Shown: positions 43,079 through 52,467, counted from the stretch's first letter. The stretch is DNA of 64,000 bases from an uncultured Candidatus Saccharibacteria bacterium (GCA_964615415.1 CAZTNI010000002.1:190745-254744); one strand, 5' to 3'. A program made the numbers and translations. The notes: generated by a model from the letters alone, not told the origin.

Positions 43079-45202
43079 ATGGACCTCAAGGCTGGCATCG
43101 TTACAAAACCTGTCTTTTCTGCCGGCTTTATTCTCGACTTTTTTCGCTCGCTCGGGAATTCAAAAAACAAGATGGTCCCTAATGTTGTTCTATTCCTGTT
43201 CTACCTTGGTGCGGCAAGCCTGAGCCTCTACTTTAATCGGCAGATAGACATTGCGCCCGCGCTTATTTGGGCACCGGCGGGCATCGCACTCGCAGGCCTT
43301 ATCATCGCAGGGTACGCAGTAGTGCCTGGGTTATTTTTTGCCGCCCTTGTTACCGGACTACTCAACGGATATACCGTACCAGTACTCATAGGAGCAACAC
43401 TTGGAAACACACTCCAAGCAATTCTCGGGGCATATTTGCTTAAAAAATTTAAATTCAGTCCTATTTTTACGAGCGTGCGGGACATGTATGCACTTCTCAT
43501 TGTTGTAGTGCTTGCGTCTCTTGCCTTACCTTCAATCGTACTCTCAATAACGTGGCTTGCGGGCGCACTCCAGGATAATTTTTCCAATATGTGGGCACGA
43601 GTATGGGTTGGAAATATGCTCAGTATTCTCATCCTCACGCCACTCATCACCACGTGGATATTAAAACCTCGACTCGAGTCAAAACCGTTCGAAATTATTG
43701 AGCGTGGGCTAGCCTTTATGCTTCTTGGAACGATCCTCTACGTGCTCTTCTGGCTCGGGACACCGCAGATTGTAGGTATTCCGATTGCATACTTCCTGCT
43801 TATTCCACTCTTTTGGATCGGTTTGCGATTCACTCCTCGCTGGATGACCTTTGCACTTTTCTCTATGACAGTCGCGGGTCTAGGAGGGGTAGGGTGGCTC
43901 GCTCAGCAAGGCGTGATTCCTCTTTCGGCCGTCGGGGAACGTCTCTTTGGGATCGAAATGTTTATGCTCGTTATCGGTGCCATGTTTCTTGTCTTTGCCA
44001 CTGTGGTACAGGAACGACGCCACGCAAGCAAGGCCCTGCAAATACATGTAGCGCGTCTTCAGCAAGCAGTGAGCCGGATTCAACGTGAAGATGATGCAAA
44101 AAGCGAATTCCTCGCAATCCTTGCCCACGAATTGCGCAATCCACTCGCTCTTGTACTCAGTACACTCGAGTTTTTAAAATTACGCATCCCTGCCGATATC
44201 GAAGAAGGGAGCATGTTACGCGGCGCAGAAGAGCGTGTGCATAGCATGTCGCACATGCTTAACGACTTACTCGACATGTCTCGCATATCACAGCGCACAT
44301 TCGAGCTGGATACGCAGCCAATTGAACTCTCTCAGGCACTGCGCGGCGCTCTCCAAAGCGTGGCGCTTATTATGCAAAATCGTGACCACCAATTTAACAT
44401 CAACCTGCCAACAAAACCTGTATGGGTCATGATTGACCCAGTACGCTTTGAGCAAATTATTGTTAACCTCCTTACGAACGCGGCAAAATACACGCCACCG
44501 GGCGGCCTTATTGAGTTAGACGGGAAAATAGAGGAAGAGGCGCTTCTGTTGCGTGTACGCGACAACGGCATCGGCATTCCTTCGCATCTTATCGATCGTA
44601 TCTTTGAACCATTCCAACAGGTATCGGAAAAACGTCTGCGCACCACCGGTCTCGGTATCGGTCTTTCAATCACTAAACGGTTGGTTGAAATGCACGGCGG
44701 CACCATCGAGGCTCAAAGTCGCGGCGCAGGGCAGGGGAGCGAGTTTATTGTCCGCATACCCACCGTCCCTGCACAAACCGCGTCCACTCCTCCAGCAAAC
44801 ACTCAGCAAGCTCGACAAACTTCAGAACAGGGTGTGGGATCGCTCGATATTTTAATCATCGACGATAACGAAGCTGCTGCGCACGGCATGGGCAAACTGC
44901 TGGAACACAAAGGACATACGGTACGCTTTGGCTATACAGGCAAAGAGGCTATTAAAACTATAGTAGAACAAACACCGGAAGTAGCTATTCTCGATATTGG
45001 TCTTCCAGATATAGACGGGTACGAAATTGCACAATATATTCGCCGAGAAACAGACGTCGATACGGTACTCGTTGCGCTTACAGGGTATGGTCAGGAACAA
45101 GACAAGCAAAAAGCTCGTGAGGCCGGATTTGATTTCCACCTTACTAAACCAGTCGGAATTGCAGATATTGAGCAAATTCTAGCAGTGATTAAGCGCACAT
45201 AG
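43079..45202 (+). CDS. Hybrid sensor histidine kinase: polytopic N-terminal membrane sensor domain, HisKA, HATPase_c and a C-terminal receiver
   Basis: H-box FLAILAHELRNPLALVLSTLEFL. N/G boxes ...RDNGIGIPSHLIDRIFEPF...GLGIGLSITKRLVEMHGG. Receiver ILIIDDNEAAAHGMGKLLE...ILDIGLPDIDG...LTKP. Confidence 0.9.
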   Translation: MDLKAGIVTKPVFSAGFILDFFRSLGNSKNKMVPNVVLFLFYLGAASLSLYFNRQIDIAPALIWAPAGIALAGLIIAGYAVVPGLFFAALVTGLLNGYTVPVLIGATLGNTLQAILGAYLLKKFKFSPIFTSVRDMYALLIVVVLASLALPSIVLSITWLAGALQDNFSNMWARVWVGNMLSILILTPLITTWILKPRLESKPFEIIERGLAFMLLGTILYVLFWLGTPQIVGIPIAYFLLIPLFWIGLRFTPRWMTFALFSMTVAGLGGVGWLAQQGVIPLSAVGERLFGIEMFMLVIGAMFLVFATVVQERRHASKALQIHVARLQQAVSRIQREDDAKSEFLAILAHELRNPLALVLSTLEFLKLRIPADIEEGSMLRGAEERVHSMSHMLNDLLDMSRISQRTFELDTQPIELSQALRGALQSVALIMQNRDHQFNINLPTKPVWVMIDPVRFEQIIVNLLTNAAKYTPPGGLIELDGKIEEEALLLRVRDNGIGIPSHLIDRIFEPFQQVSEKRLRTTGLGIGLSITKRLVEMHGGTIEAQSRGAGQGSEFIVRIPTVPAQTASTPPANTQQARQTSEQGVGSLDILIIDDNEAAAHGMGKLLEHKGHTVRFGYTGKEAIKTIVEQTPEVAILDIGLPDIDGYEIAQYIRRETDVDTVLVALTGYGQEQDKQKAREAGFDFHLTKPVGIADIEQILAVIKRT

Positions 45203-45246
45203 AGTCCTTGTAAGCTCAACAATAGTGGCACGTCTCTATATGGCGT

Positions 45247-45987
45247 ATGCAATACATGACATTAGTGCTTTCGCTCGCTTTACTGTTCTCTTCATCGTCG
45301 CCTGCTCTTGCCGCACCGCAGAGCACCTATTGGAATTATTCGTTTCACTCCGCAGAGCAGCGCTTTGCGTTTGCAACCACATCCAAAAAAGCTTTCGCTA
45401 CTCAAGTTCCGACAAAGAAAAAACAGGTACTGGCAACATCGACACCGCAAACCACTAAACCACGCATGACTCCCGCAACCACCACTCCTAAAACTATTCC
45501 CGTGGCAACCACTTCACCGGCAACACCTACACAATGCTCAACAGGCTGGTATGTAACCGGCTATTTTACTCCGGTTGAGAGCGATTACACCGGCGCAACA
45601 CAAGCTGTTACTGTTGCAGGCAAAAGCTACACGTTTAATGCAGCATTTCTCAAAACAGTAAAGACCGAAGGGTGGGGTAAAACCACGATGGGCAAGTACA
45701 TCGGCTACTACGACAACAGTTGGCACTTTGCCTCGAGCCCACTCGATGCGTACGATCATCCGCTCAGCACAAGCACGGTTGCAGTAGACCCTTCTTTATT
45801 CAAAGCAGGCGCAAAAATACAAATCACGTCGCTCCCTCAGGGGTACAGCACCAAAGTATTTAGTGCAACTGATATTGGCACAGGAGTGAGCGGCAAACAC
45901 ATTGACGTATACACAGGCGAAGGAAAAGCTGCCGAAGCCATGACCTACAAAATTACCGGAACCAATAATACCGTCTGCAAGCTCTAG
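45247..45987 (+). CDS. Secreted 3D-domain (MltA/YuiC-like) protein with a T/P-rich linker
   Basis: Signal peptide. C-terminal GWYVTGYFTPVES...VDPSLFKAGAKIQI...FSATDIGTGVSGKHIDVYTGEG matches the 3D domain. Confidence 0.7.
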   Translation: MQYMTLVLSLALLFSSSSPALAAPQSTYWNYSFHSAEQRFAFATTSKKAFATQVPTKKKQVLATSTPQTTKPRMTPATTTPKTIPVATTSPATPTQCSTGWYVTGYFTPVESDYTGATQAVTVAGKSYTFNAAFLKTVKTEGWGKTTMGKYIGYYDNSWHFASSPLDAYDHPLSTSTVAVDPSLFKAGAKIQITSLPQGYSTKVFSATDIGTGVSGKHIDVYTGEGKAAEAMTYKITGTNNTVCKL

Positions 45988-46124
45988 CATCCATTTCTTC
46001 ACTAAAACAAACCTTATTGTTGCGTGCATGAACGACTCAAGTTCATGCACGTTTTTTGTTCGTATTGTCTGGTTTGAAAATATGGTTGAGATGAAGAAAA
46101 CATTTCCTCATACTTTCACTATCC

Positions 46125-46946
46125 ATGAAAGTACACATAGCAACCGCACTGCTTGGAGTAGGAGCACTTATGGCCCCACTCACGAGCAGTGCCGCGCTCG
46201 CAATTATAGGTAATACGTCCGTGTTCGATTACTCGTTTAGCGTCCCGGGGACACTCGCAGAAGCAGGCTCTGCAGGGGAAAGCTGGAGCGGCTACTGGTG
46301 GGTTAATTCTGGCGCATACATGCATCTTGCAGATGGCACAGGCATGACCAACCAGGGCACACTCGATGCAGGAAATAAGTGGCGCACTACCTATGCGAAT
46401 GCTAACCCCACCGACACTGACAACGGCACCCACCCACAAAACATATTTCGCTTAGTAAGCCGGCAAACATGGGCAAACGTACAAGAAAAGGCGTACTTTA
46501 AAATTAATAAAGACAACTTGAGTGCGAGTCCAAACCGCGATGCACACAATGGACTCCTGCTTATGTCACGCTATGGCAATAGTGGCCAAACACTCTACTA
46601 CGCTGGCGTTCGTGTGGATGGCAAAGCGATCATTAAAAAGAAATTGAATGGTACGTACACGACACTCGCCTCAAAAACAGTATTTAGCGGTGCCTACAAT
46701 CGCAGCAATAATCCAAACCTTCTACCAAAAGACACGTGGATAGGTTTGCGCAGCGAGACGATTAACAATAGTGATGGCTCGGTGACGATCAAGCTCTACA
46801 TGGACAAAGGCAAGACAGGGAAGTGGACGCTTGTCGCAGAAGCAAAAGACACTTCGCCGAGTACCCTCAGGAACGCAGGCTACGGTGGCATCCGCACCGA
46901 CTTCATGGACGTCGAGTTCGACAACTTTAGCGCAACAAAGCTCTAA
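46125..46946 (+). CDS. Secreted concanavalin-like jellyroll protein. Paralog B of the 31664..32524 gene.
   Basis: Signal peptide MKVHIATALLGVGALMAPLTSSAALA. Conserved blocks shared with paralog A (see there). Confidence 0.7.
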   Translation: MKVHIATALLGVGALMAPLTSSAALAIIGNTSVFDYSFSVPGTLAEAGSAGESWSGYWWVNSGAYMHLADGTGMTNQGTLDAGNKWRTTYANANPTDTDNGTHPQNIFRLVSRQTWANVQEKAYFKINKDNLSASPNRDAHNGLLLMSRYGNSGQTLYYAGVRVDGKAIIKKKLNGTYTTLASKTVFSGAYNRSNNPNLLPKDTWIGLRSETINNSDGSVTIKLYMDKGKTGKWTLVAEAKDTSPSTLRNAGYGGIRTDFMDVEFDNFSATKL

Positions 46947-46947
46947 A

Positions 46948-46980
46948 TAAAAAACACCCGCTCCAAGAGCGGGTGTTTAC
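46948..46980. terminator. Intrinsic terminator between convergent genes
   Basis: aaaaaACACCCGCTCcaagaGCGGGTGTtta. Confidence 0.6.
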
Positions 46981-47351
46981 GTAGTGCCAACTAGTTCAAG
47001 ATGCGCGTGCGTGTAGCGGCGCAACACTTCCAAGAGCTTGTGCTGCAGGCCTTCGAGCTGTGCCGTAAAGTCCGGCGTAGTGTAGAGGGCTCGCGCTCGC
47101 AAGTTGCTCCACACGTCTGCATGTTTCTGGGCTTCTTTGTCGAGGTCGCCCGCCAACACAAAACGTGGCTGCTTGTAGTCGAGCGGGAAGGCAAGCGCCC
47201 ATTTTCCGTTATGCTGTACTTCCTCGAGCGTGTAGCCAATCACCACCACTTCGCCCTGGCGTATGTACTCAGGTATAGGCACCAGCATTCTTTTTGATAA
47301 AGGAGCAATGAAGATAGCAAGCGTCTTCGGCGCCCTAAACTTTACGAGCAT
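46977..47351 (-). CDS. Hypothetical protein
   Basis: 124-aa ORF bounded by terminators. No family recognised. Confidence 0.5.
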   Translation of the reverse strand: MLVKFRAPKTLAIFIAPLSKRMLVPIPEYIRQGEVVVIGYTLEEVQHNGKWALAFPLDYKQPRFVLAGDLDKEAQKHADVWSNLRARALYTTPDFTAQLEGLQHKLLEVLRRYTHAHLELVGTT

Positions 47352-47417
47352 GTGTACACTCCGTGTTCGTTCGTCTGGAGAAGTTTATACCACGACAAAT
47401 TCCCTTTGTCAGCATAT

Positions 47418-47446
47418 AGAAAAACGCCACCCGCTAGGGGTGGCGT
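47418..47446 (-). terminator. Minus-strand intrinsic terminator. Copy 1 of the repeated 20-nt hairpin GCCACCCGCTAGGGGTGGCG.
   Basis: Plus strand agaaaaACGCCACCCGCTAGGGGTGGCGt. On the minus strand the hairpin is followed by a TTTTTCT run. Located just 3' of the coiled-coil gene. Confidence 0.6.
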
Positions 47447-47455
47447 CGTGTTTGT

Positions 47456-48886
47456 TTAGGAAGCCCGGGCAAAAGAGCGAGCGAGCGTAGCAACCGCAGC
47501 GGCATGGGTCGCTACAGTATCCAGCTTCTCTACCACTTCGTCTACTTTTTCCCGTAACTCGGTTACTTGTTCTTCCAGATTTCCATCCATGCTGGTGTCG
47601 CCCTGGAGTATGTCGTACAAAACTCCTGAGTCGTTGTCTTTGTCGTATAATTCCACAACTAGCTCGCGGGTCTTTTCGAGCAACGCAAGCAGACCGGTTT
47701 TCGTGTCTTCAAGCGGCTCAACGCGAGCCCTGAGCGTATCGAGGCCTTCCTTGAGCTTCGTAAGCTGGGGAGCCGCTTGCTCAAGGAACTCGATTTTCAA
47801 AACGACCTTGTCTTTACGCTCCTCGAGCCATTCAACTTGGCCTTGCACATCCAAGTCCGACTCAAAGTTGATCTGGTCGCCCTTCACGAGGTCGAACAAA
47901 GTACCCGACTCGTTGTCCGGATCAAAGAGCGCAACGAGCCGACCACGAATATTCCCGATCAGCTCGACAACACCATCAGTTGCATGTTCGAGCGGCGCAA
48001 CTCGCGCCTCCAGAGCGTCAAGGTCAGCAGAGAGTTTCGGCAACTTCGCCGCAGCGCTCTCAAGTGTATCAACTCGCCCCGTAGCAGTTTCAAGTGTGCT
48101 CGCAAGCGAATCTACCTGCTCAGGCAACACCTCATCGAACCGGCTGTCTCCCGCCTCAAGTTCCACAATACTACCAGACTCGCTTGTTTCGCCCGTATCG
48201 TCATCTTCCTCAACCAAGAGGAGGGCGTCGATTCGGTTAGTCAGATCGGAGATCTGTACTTCGAGCGGAGGATTTGTTTCTTGAAGCGTTGTAACCCGAG
48301 CCTCGAGCGCTTTCGTATGTTCACGAAGGCCAGGGAGGGCACGAGCGGCGCGCTCCAGGTCCTTTACTCGTGAAGCAGCGTCGCTCAAGCTCTGATTCAG
48401 AGCCTGAGGATCAATAGCCTCGCCACTCGCACCTTCAAGAGAAGAAAGATCGGCCTCGAGGCGAGCATGCTGCGCTTCAAACGTCTGCCGAAGCGTGAGA
48501 AGATCGTTCCCGTTTGTCTTCAGTGCACTAACTCGCTGCTGCAGTTTCTGGAGCTGCTCTTTGGCGCGACGCACACCATCGCGTTCGTTTTCCAACTTAG
48601 ACAGGCGAGTCGTAGCGTCTGCAAGAAGCGTTTCGATAGAAGTCATCTGGGTCTGTTCAACCACACGCTTCACACTTCTACGCCCGAGGCGAAGGAATTC
48701 GAAGACAATATAGACACCCGCGAGCACGAAGCCCATAAGATAGAGTCGGTTGTCACTTTCAGCCCCGCCGTAGATCTGGAACCCGCAGAACACGAGTACC
48801 GCTACAGCGGCAACAGTTAGCACCGTACGCATCAAAATCTCCTTGTTATAAGCCGCGGCATGCGGCACGAACTTCAGTCCGTACAC
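47456..48886 (-). CDS. Membrane-anchored coiled-coil protein with three ~60-aa internal repeats
   Basis: Two N-terminal TM helices. Heptad-rich. Repeats LDALEARVAPLEHATDGVVELIGNIRGRLVALFDPDNESGTLFDLVKGD and LDTLRARVEPLEDTKTGLLALLEKTRELVVELYDKDNDSGVLYDILQGD, plus a third copy. Confidence 0.7.
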   Translation of the reverse strand: MYGLKFVPHAAAYNKEILMRTVLTVAAVAVLVFCGFQIYGGAESDNRLYLMGFVLAGVYIVFEFLRLGRRSVKRVVEQTQMTSIETLLADATTRLSKLENERDGVRRAKEQLQKLQQRVSALKTNGNDLLTLRQTFEAQHARLEADLSSLEGASGEAIDPQALNQSLSDAASRVKDLERAARALPGLREHTKALEARVTTLQETNPPLEVQISDLTNRIDALLLVEEDDDTGETSESGSIVELEAGDSRFDEVLPEQVDSLASTLETATGRVDTLESAAAKLPKLSADLDALEARVAPLEHATDGVVELIGNIRGRLVALFDPDNESGTLFDLVKGDQINFESDLDVQGQVEWLEERKDKVVLKIEFLEQAAPQLTKLKEGLDTLRARVEPLEDTKTGLLALLEKTRELVVELYDKDNDSGVLYDILQGDTSMDGNLEEQVTELREKVDEVVEKLDTVATHAAAVATLARSFARAS

Positions 48887-48927
48887 TTTTTACCATATTT
48901 TCTTAAAAAAGCAATATACCTCCTGTG

Positions 48928-48960
48928 AAAAAAAAGAAAGCCACCCGCTAGGGGTGGCGA
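48928..48960 (-). terminator. Minus-strand intrinsic terminator. Copy 2 of the same 20-nt hairpin. It overlaps the last codons and the stop of the GNAT gene.
   Basis: Plus strand aaaaaaaagaaaGCCACCCGCTAGGGGTGGCGa. The stop codon (reverse complement of cta at 48948-48950) lies in the loop. Confidence 0.6.
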
Positions 48961-49436
48961 AACACACGAACAATATAGTCAGCGCCTTTGCCGTAACTCA
49001 TAAGCTGTGCAGGATCGATCGCAGTCGTTTTAAAACCCATTCGCTCCCAGTAGGGCAAGGTTTTATACACCGCAACTCCTGCAAGAGCTGACAAACCGGC
49101 ACGACCAGCGAGTATTCCAAGATCTTCAACAAGGAGACTGGCTAGCCGTTTACCGCGCGAACTTGGCAACAGCGCCACATCGTGAATAAAGAGACAATCC
49201 GGATCACTCGGTAGTTCACCCACAAGAGTGTTGAGCGTAGGGACCCGACATATTCTCCAAGGATGCGAGATGCAGTATCCTGCAACTCCTTCTTTGCCGA
49301 CAGCAACAAAACATCCCTCCGGGAACAAACGATGACGCTCCGCAAATACTTCGGGCGACTCGTAGTAATTCGGATGAATCAAAGTCGAGATACGCTCTAC
49401 TGCAGCCAGGTCAGCAACTTCCATGCGTCGCCACAT
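48948..49436 (-). CDS. GNAT-family N-acetyltransferase
   Basis: FIHDVALLPSSRGKRLASLLVEDL matches the acetyl-CoA-binding motif A (R/Q-x-x-G-x-G/A-like). Confidence 0.7.
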   Translation of the reverse strand: MWRRMEVADLAAVERISTLIHPNYYESPEVFAERHRLFPEGCFVAVGKEGVAGYCISHPWRICRVPTLNTLVGELPSDPDCLFIHDVALLPSSRGKRLASLLVEDLGILAGRAGLSALAGVAVYKTLPYWERMGFKTTAIDPAQLMSYGKGADYIVRVFRHP

Positions 49437-49479
49437 GTCATTCCTCCACTTGAGATACTTCTAACAACGTATACAACTA

Positions 49480-49863
49480 CTATTTTGCGTCGTAGTCAAA
49501 CCAGACTGCTTCCACATTATTGCCGTCCGCATCGTACACAAACGCCGCATAGTAGCCGGGCCAGTATTCTTTACGGTAGCCAGGAGCACCGTTGTCTTTG
49601 CCGCCCGCTGCAAGCGCTTCTTTATAAAACGCCTCTACCTGTTCTTTGTTTTTTGCTTCAAAGGCTACATGGCCACCGACTACCTGCGGCTTTTGCCCGA
49701 TCCAAAAAGAAGTATTACCGCCTTCCTTATAACCACCCGCCTGCCACTCAGGATGATCGTCGCTTAACTCGTAGCCCACAGGGGCGAGGGCTTTTTTATA
49801 AAACTCTTTTGCAGTTTCGTAGTTAGTAACGGCGAGCGATGCGTGTGCAATCATATAGTTCAA
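49480..49863 (-). CDS. VOC (glyoxalase/bleomycin-resistance) family protein
   Basis: MIAHASLAVTNYETAKEFYKKAL...GHVAFEAKNKEQVEAFYKEALAAGG. Paired beta-alpha-beta-beta-beta modules. Confidence 0.75.
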   Translation of the reverse strand: MNYMIAHASLAVTNYETAKEFYKKALAPVGYELSDDHPEWQAGGYKEGGNTSFWIGQKPQVVGGHVAFEAKNKEQVEAFYKEALAAGGKDNGAPGYRKEYWPGYYAAFVYDADGNNVEAVWFDYDAK

Positions 49864-49948
49864 AACTAGGGCTAATACAAGCAGTATACAAAAGGGAACT
49901 TGTGCAGCATAGAAAAGGTTATAAGGACGTGTTACAAAAGGGCAATAT

Positions 49949-50626
49949 ATGCGAGAGGGGATAAACGAGCTGTGGCACTTCTTCGTCGCGAACCTGCGCG
50001 CCAGCTATTTTGGTGCGTTTTTACTTTTTATATTTTTAGTGACAGAGATAGTGTCTGTTCCAGGGATCAGTCGCTACGACTTTATTTTCCTTTCTGCTAT
50101 CGGTTTTCAAATCTGTGCACTGCTGTTTCGCTTTGAACATATAAAAGAATTTTTAGTCATCCTTATATTCCACCTCCTTGCAACGGGAATGGAATTATTT
50201 AAAACACACCCTTCAGTAGGTTCCTGGACGTACCCCGCGGTAGGGAGCGCGGTGTTTGTCCTCGGCACCGTACCGCTCTTTACCGGCTTTTTATACTCGG
50301 CAATAGGAAGTTACATATCCCGCGCATTTATATTCCTTAAACTGTCGTACGAACATTTTCCGAAGTACTACCACCTATGGATCGTAGCTGTACTCATTTA
50401 TATAAACTTCTTTACGCATCACTTCTTCTACGACATCCGCTACCTCTTGTTTGCATACGTCTTTATTATTTTTTTCAAAACAAAAATACATTTTCAGGTA
50501 TACAAAAAAGTGCGCAATATGCCGTTCCTCATGGCTGCATTCCTCACCGCACTGTTTGTCTGGATAGCAGAAAACATAGGCACCTTCACCACTATTTGGC
50601 TCTATCCAAGTCAACTTGAGTATTGA
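49949..50626 (+). CDS. Polytopic membrane protein (possibly DUF817-like)
   Basis: 225 aa with 6-7 hydrophobic helices. Family assignment is tentative. Confidence 0.6.
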   Translation: MREGINELWHFFVANLRASYFGAFLLFIFLVTEIVSVPGISRYDFIFLSAIGFQICALLFRFEHIKEFLVILIFHLLATGMELFKTHPSVGSWTYPAVGSAVFVLGTVPLFTGFLYSAIGSYISRAFIFLKLSYEHFPKYYHLWIVAVLIYINFFTHHFFYDIRYLLFAYVFIIFFKTKIHFQVYKKVRNMPFLMAAFLTALFVWIAENIGTFTTIWLYPSQLEY

Positions 50627-50726
50627 CACCTCGTGTCGTTTAACAAAATGGGGTCCTGGTTCCTCTTGCTTATCCTTAGCTTCGCTCTCGTTTCAATTAT
50701 CTATAGAGAAAAATTAAAAGGAAGGT

Positions 50727-50766
50727 AAAAGAAAAGCCGCGGCAGAGGTTTGAACCTCTGCCGCGG
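50727..50766 (-). terminator. Minus-strand intrinsic terminator
   Basis: aaaagaaaaGCCGCGGCAGAGGTTtgaACCTCTGCCGCGG. 13-bp stem. T-run on the minus strand. Confidence 0.6.
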
Positions 50767-50789
50767 TATACGTTGTACTGACTAACGCG

Positions 50790-51269
50790 CTACTGGGTTG
50801 GAAAAGAAATGAAAGCGAGACCTTCAGGAACAGGGGCGACCCACAGACGCAAGAACCAGTTCTCACGAATCGCAATCCTCTGCGCGAGCATTCTGTTGTA
50901 TAGAGCAATGTTGTCACGCAACTCTGCCCAGCGCTGTGCGGTTATATTGTTCTGTCCCCACGCAGCAGTGGCTAGTAGTGCAGTACCGAACGGCAGAGTT
51001 GTGGCCACTGCCTCGCCAGCCTGAATATTTTCCGTCAGACGAGCTGTTGAAACATACGCGTCATTGGTCGTTGCTGCATATGCGATAAGCGCACCGTTGG
51101 TGTTGACGCTCGTGGTGTACGTCGCCGCATAGACGATGGAACCTATGACCAACAGCGCCCCACTGATCCAGGCCACAGGAAGGACACTGGCCCGAAATAG
51201 GCTATCCCTGTTGTGGCCATAGGAAAGGGAATACCTGCGAGCCAAGACCGCACTCCCCCCACAGATCAC
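50790..51269 (-). CDS. Hypothetical membrane-anchored protein
   Basis: 159-aa ORF. Hydrophobic segment VLPVAWISGALLVIGSIVYAA. Start uncertain. Confidence 0.45.
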   Translation of the reverse strand: MICGGSAVLARRYSLSYGHNRDSLFRASVLPVAWISGALLVIGSIVYAATYTTSVNTNGALIAYAATTNDAYVSTARLTENIQAGEAVATTLPFGTALLATAAWGQNNITAQRWAELRDNIALYNRMLAQRIAIRENWFLRLWVAPVPEGLAFISFPTQ

Positions 51270-51379
51270 ACCAAGCCCAAGAAGAATCGGTAGCAGTGTT
51301 GAACTCCTTTGTGTTGCAGAAAAATCTACCGTCGGAATTGTACGCTATCTTTAAATAAAAGTCAATATATCCTAGAGAT

Positions 51380-51412
51380 AAAGAAAAGCCGCCCTTCAAG
51401 AAAGGGCGGCTA
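51380..51412 (-). terminator. Minus-strand intrinsic terminator
   Basis: aaagaaaAGCCGCCCTTcaagaaAGGGCGGCT. Confidence 0.6.
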
Positions 51413-51417
51413 CTAGG

Positions 51418-51999
51418 TCAAACGGCAAAGAAGCCGCGACGCAGACTCTTTGCTACGCACTTGGCGTAGGCCGGCGGCTCGTGCAGGCCGATATCACTCA
51501 TGCTCCGAAAGTTCGGCACACGATGAAAGCTTGCTTGCCATCCATGCGCCGCGCGTTCATGGCGCAGTGCGATGCCCCAGATGATCCGCAGCCGGCCGAG
51601 TTGCGACCAGTCGGAGACGAAGTGGAAACGGAGAGGACCAATATCCTCTTCCTCAGCCATCAAGGCAGCCTCCTTCACACTTGCGATCGCGTCGTCGAAC
51701 GTCCCCGTTGAAAGAGGCGCGTCCATAAGAGTTGCATCAGCGAACTCGGGGAGTGTTGCAACATACGCCGCAACATTTTCCCCGAGCGTTACGTCACCCA
51801 CAACCTTCCGGTCCTCAGGGCTCGGCAACATCTGCTGCGGAAAGGGGACGATGCAGTCCCTGCCGACGACACCGTCGCGAATGAGTCGACGAGCGACTTC
51901 AATCCGAGCCTTCGTACCGCGCCCACCCATAGGCCGCGGGTCAGGCGTAATAAAGCCATAGGTGGGTATCACAAGCACGTCTAGCAAGTAAACCTCCAA
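51418..51999 (-). CDS. Hypothetical protein (possibly YdcF/DUF218-like, uncertain)
   Basis: 193-aa ORF. No decisive motif. Confidence 0.5.
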   Translation of the reverse strand: MEVYLLDVLVIPTYGFITPDPRPMGGRGTKARIEVARRLIRDGVVGRDCIVPFPQQMLPSPEDRKVVGDVTLGENVAAYVATLPEFADATLMDAPLSTGTFDDAIASVKEAALMAEEEDIGPLRFHFVSDWSQLGRLRIIWGIALRHERAAHGWQASFHRVPNFRSMSDIGLHEPPAYAKCVAKSLRRGFFAV

Positions 52000-52082
52000 T
52001 ATGAGTTGAACAGACTAAATTTAATTATATACTAAATATATGAATATGTCAATATAACGCCACGATTTGCTACACTATATCT

Positions 52083-52394
52083 ATGTCACCAAAAGGAACC
52101 TCGAACGGCACCGCACACAGCGTGCCCACAGACCTCCGCGCCGCACTTACGTCGCACCCAAAAGCACTTGCGGCGTGGGAGAGTCTTACGCCACTCGCGC
52201 GTAACGAGTGGATCTGTTGGACGGTTTCCGTTAAACAAGAAAAGACGCGCACGGGGCACGTGGAGCGAGTATGGCGAGAACTTATGGAAGGGAAGCGCCG
52301 CCCGTGTTGCTGGATAGGCTGCATCCACCGCACTGACAAAGCGATAAGCCCTTCGGTTAAAGGTATTTTAGAGAAAACTAAAAAACGCTCCTAA
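52083..52394 (+). CDS. YdeI/OmdA-family protein
   Basis: PTDLRAALTSHPKALAAWESLTPLARNEWICWTVSVKQEKTRTGHVERVWRELMEGK matches the YdeI/OmdA pattern. Confidence 0.7.
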   Translation: MSPKGTSNGTAHSVPTDLRAALTSHPKALAAWESLTPLARNEWICWTVSVKQEKTRTGHVERVWRELMEGKRRPCCWIGCIHRTDKAISPSVKGILEKTKKRS

Positions 52395-52436
52395 TATTTT
52401 AGCAAGCACTATTTTGCCCACCCTTGTTGTGTGTTT

Positions 52437-52467
52437 TATAAAAAATCCCCGCCGATAAGGGCGGGGA
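52437..52467 (-). terminator. Minus-strand intrinsic terminator
   Basis: ataaaaaaTCCCCGCCgataaGGGCGGGGA. Confidence 0.6.

Noticed and set aside
47589-48373. 231-aa and 198-aa + strand ORFs inside the coiled-coil gene
   Set aside because: Ser-rich low-complexity antisense readings of the Glu/Leu-rich coiled-coil codons.
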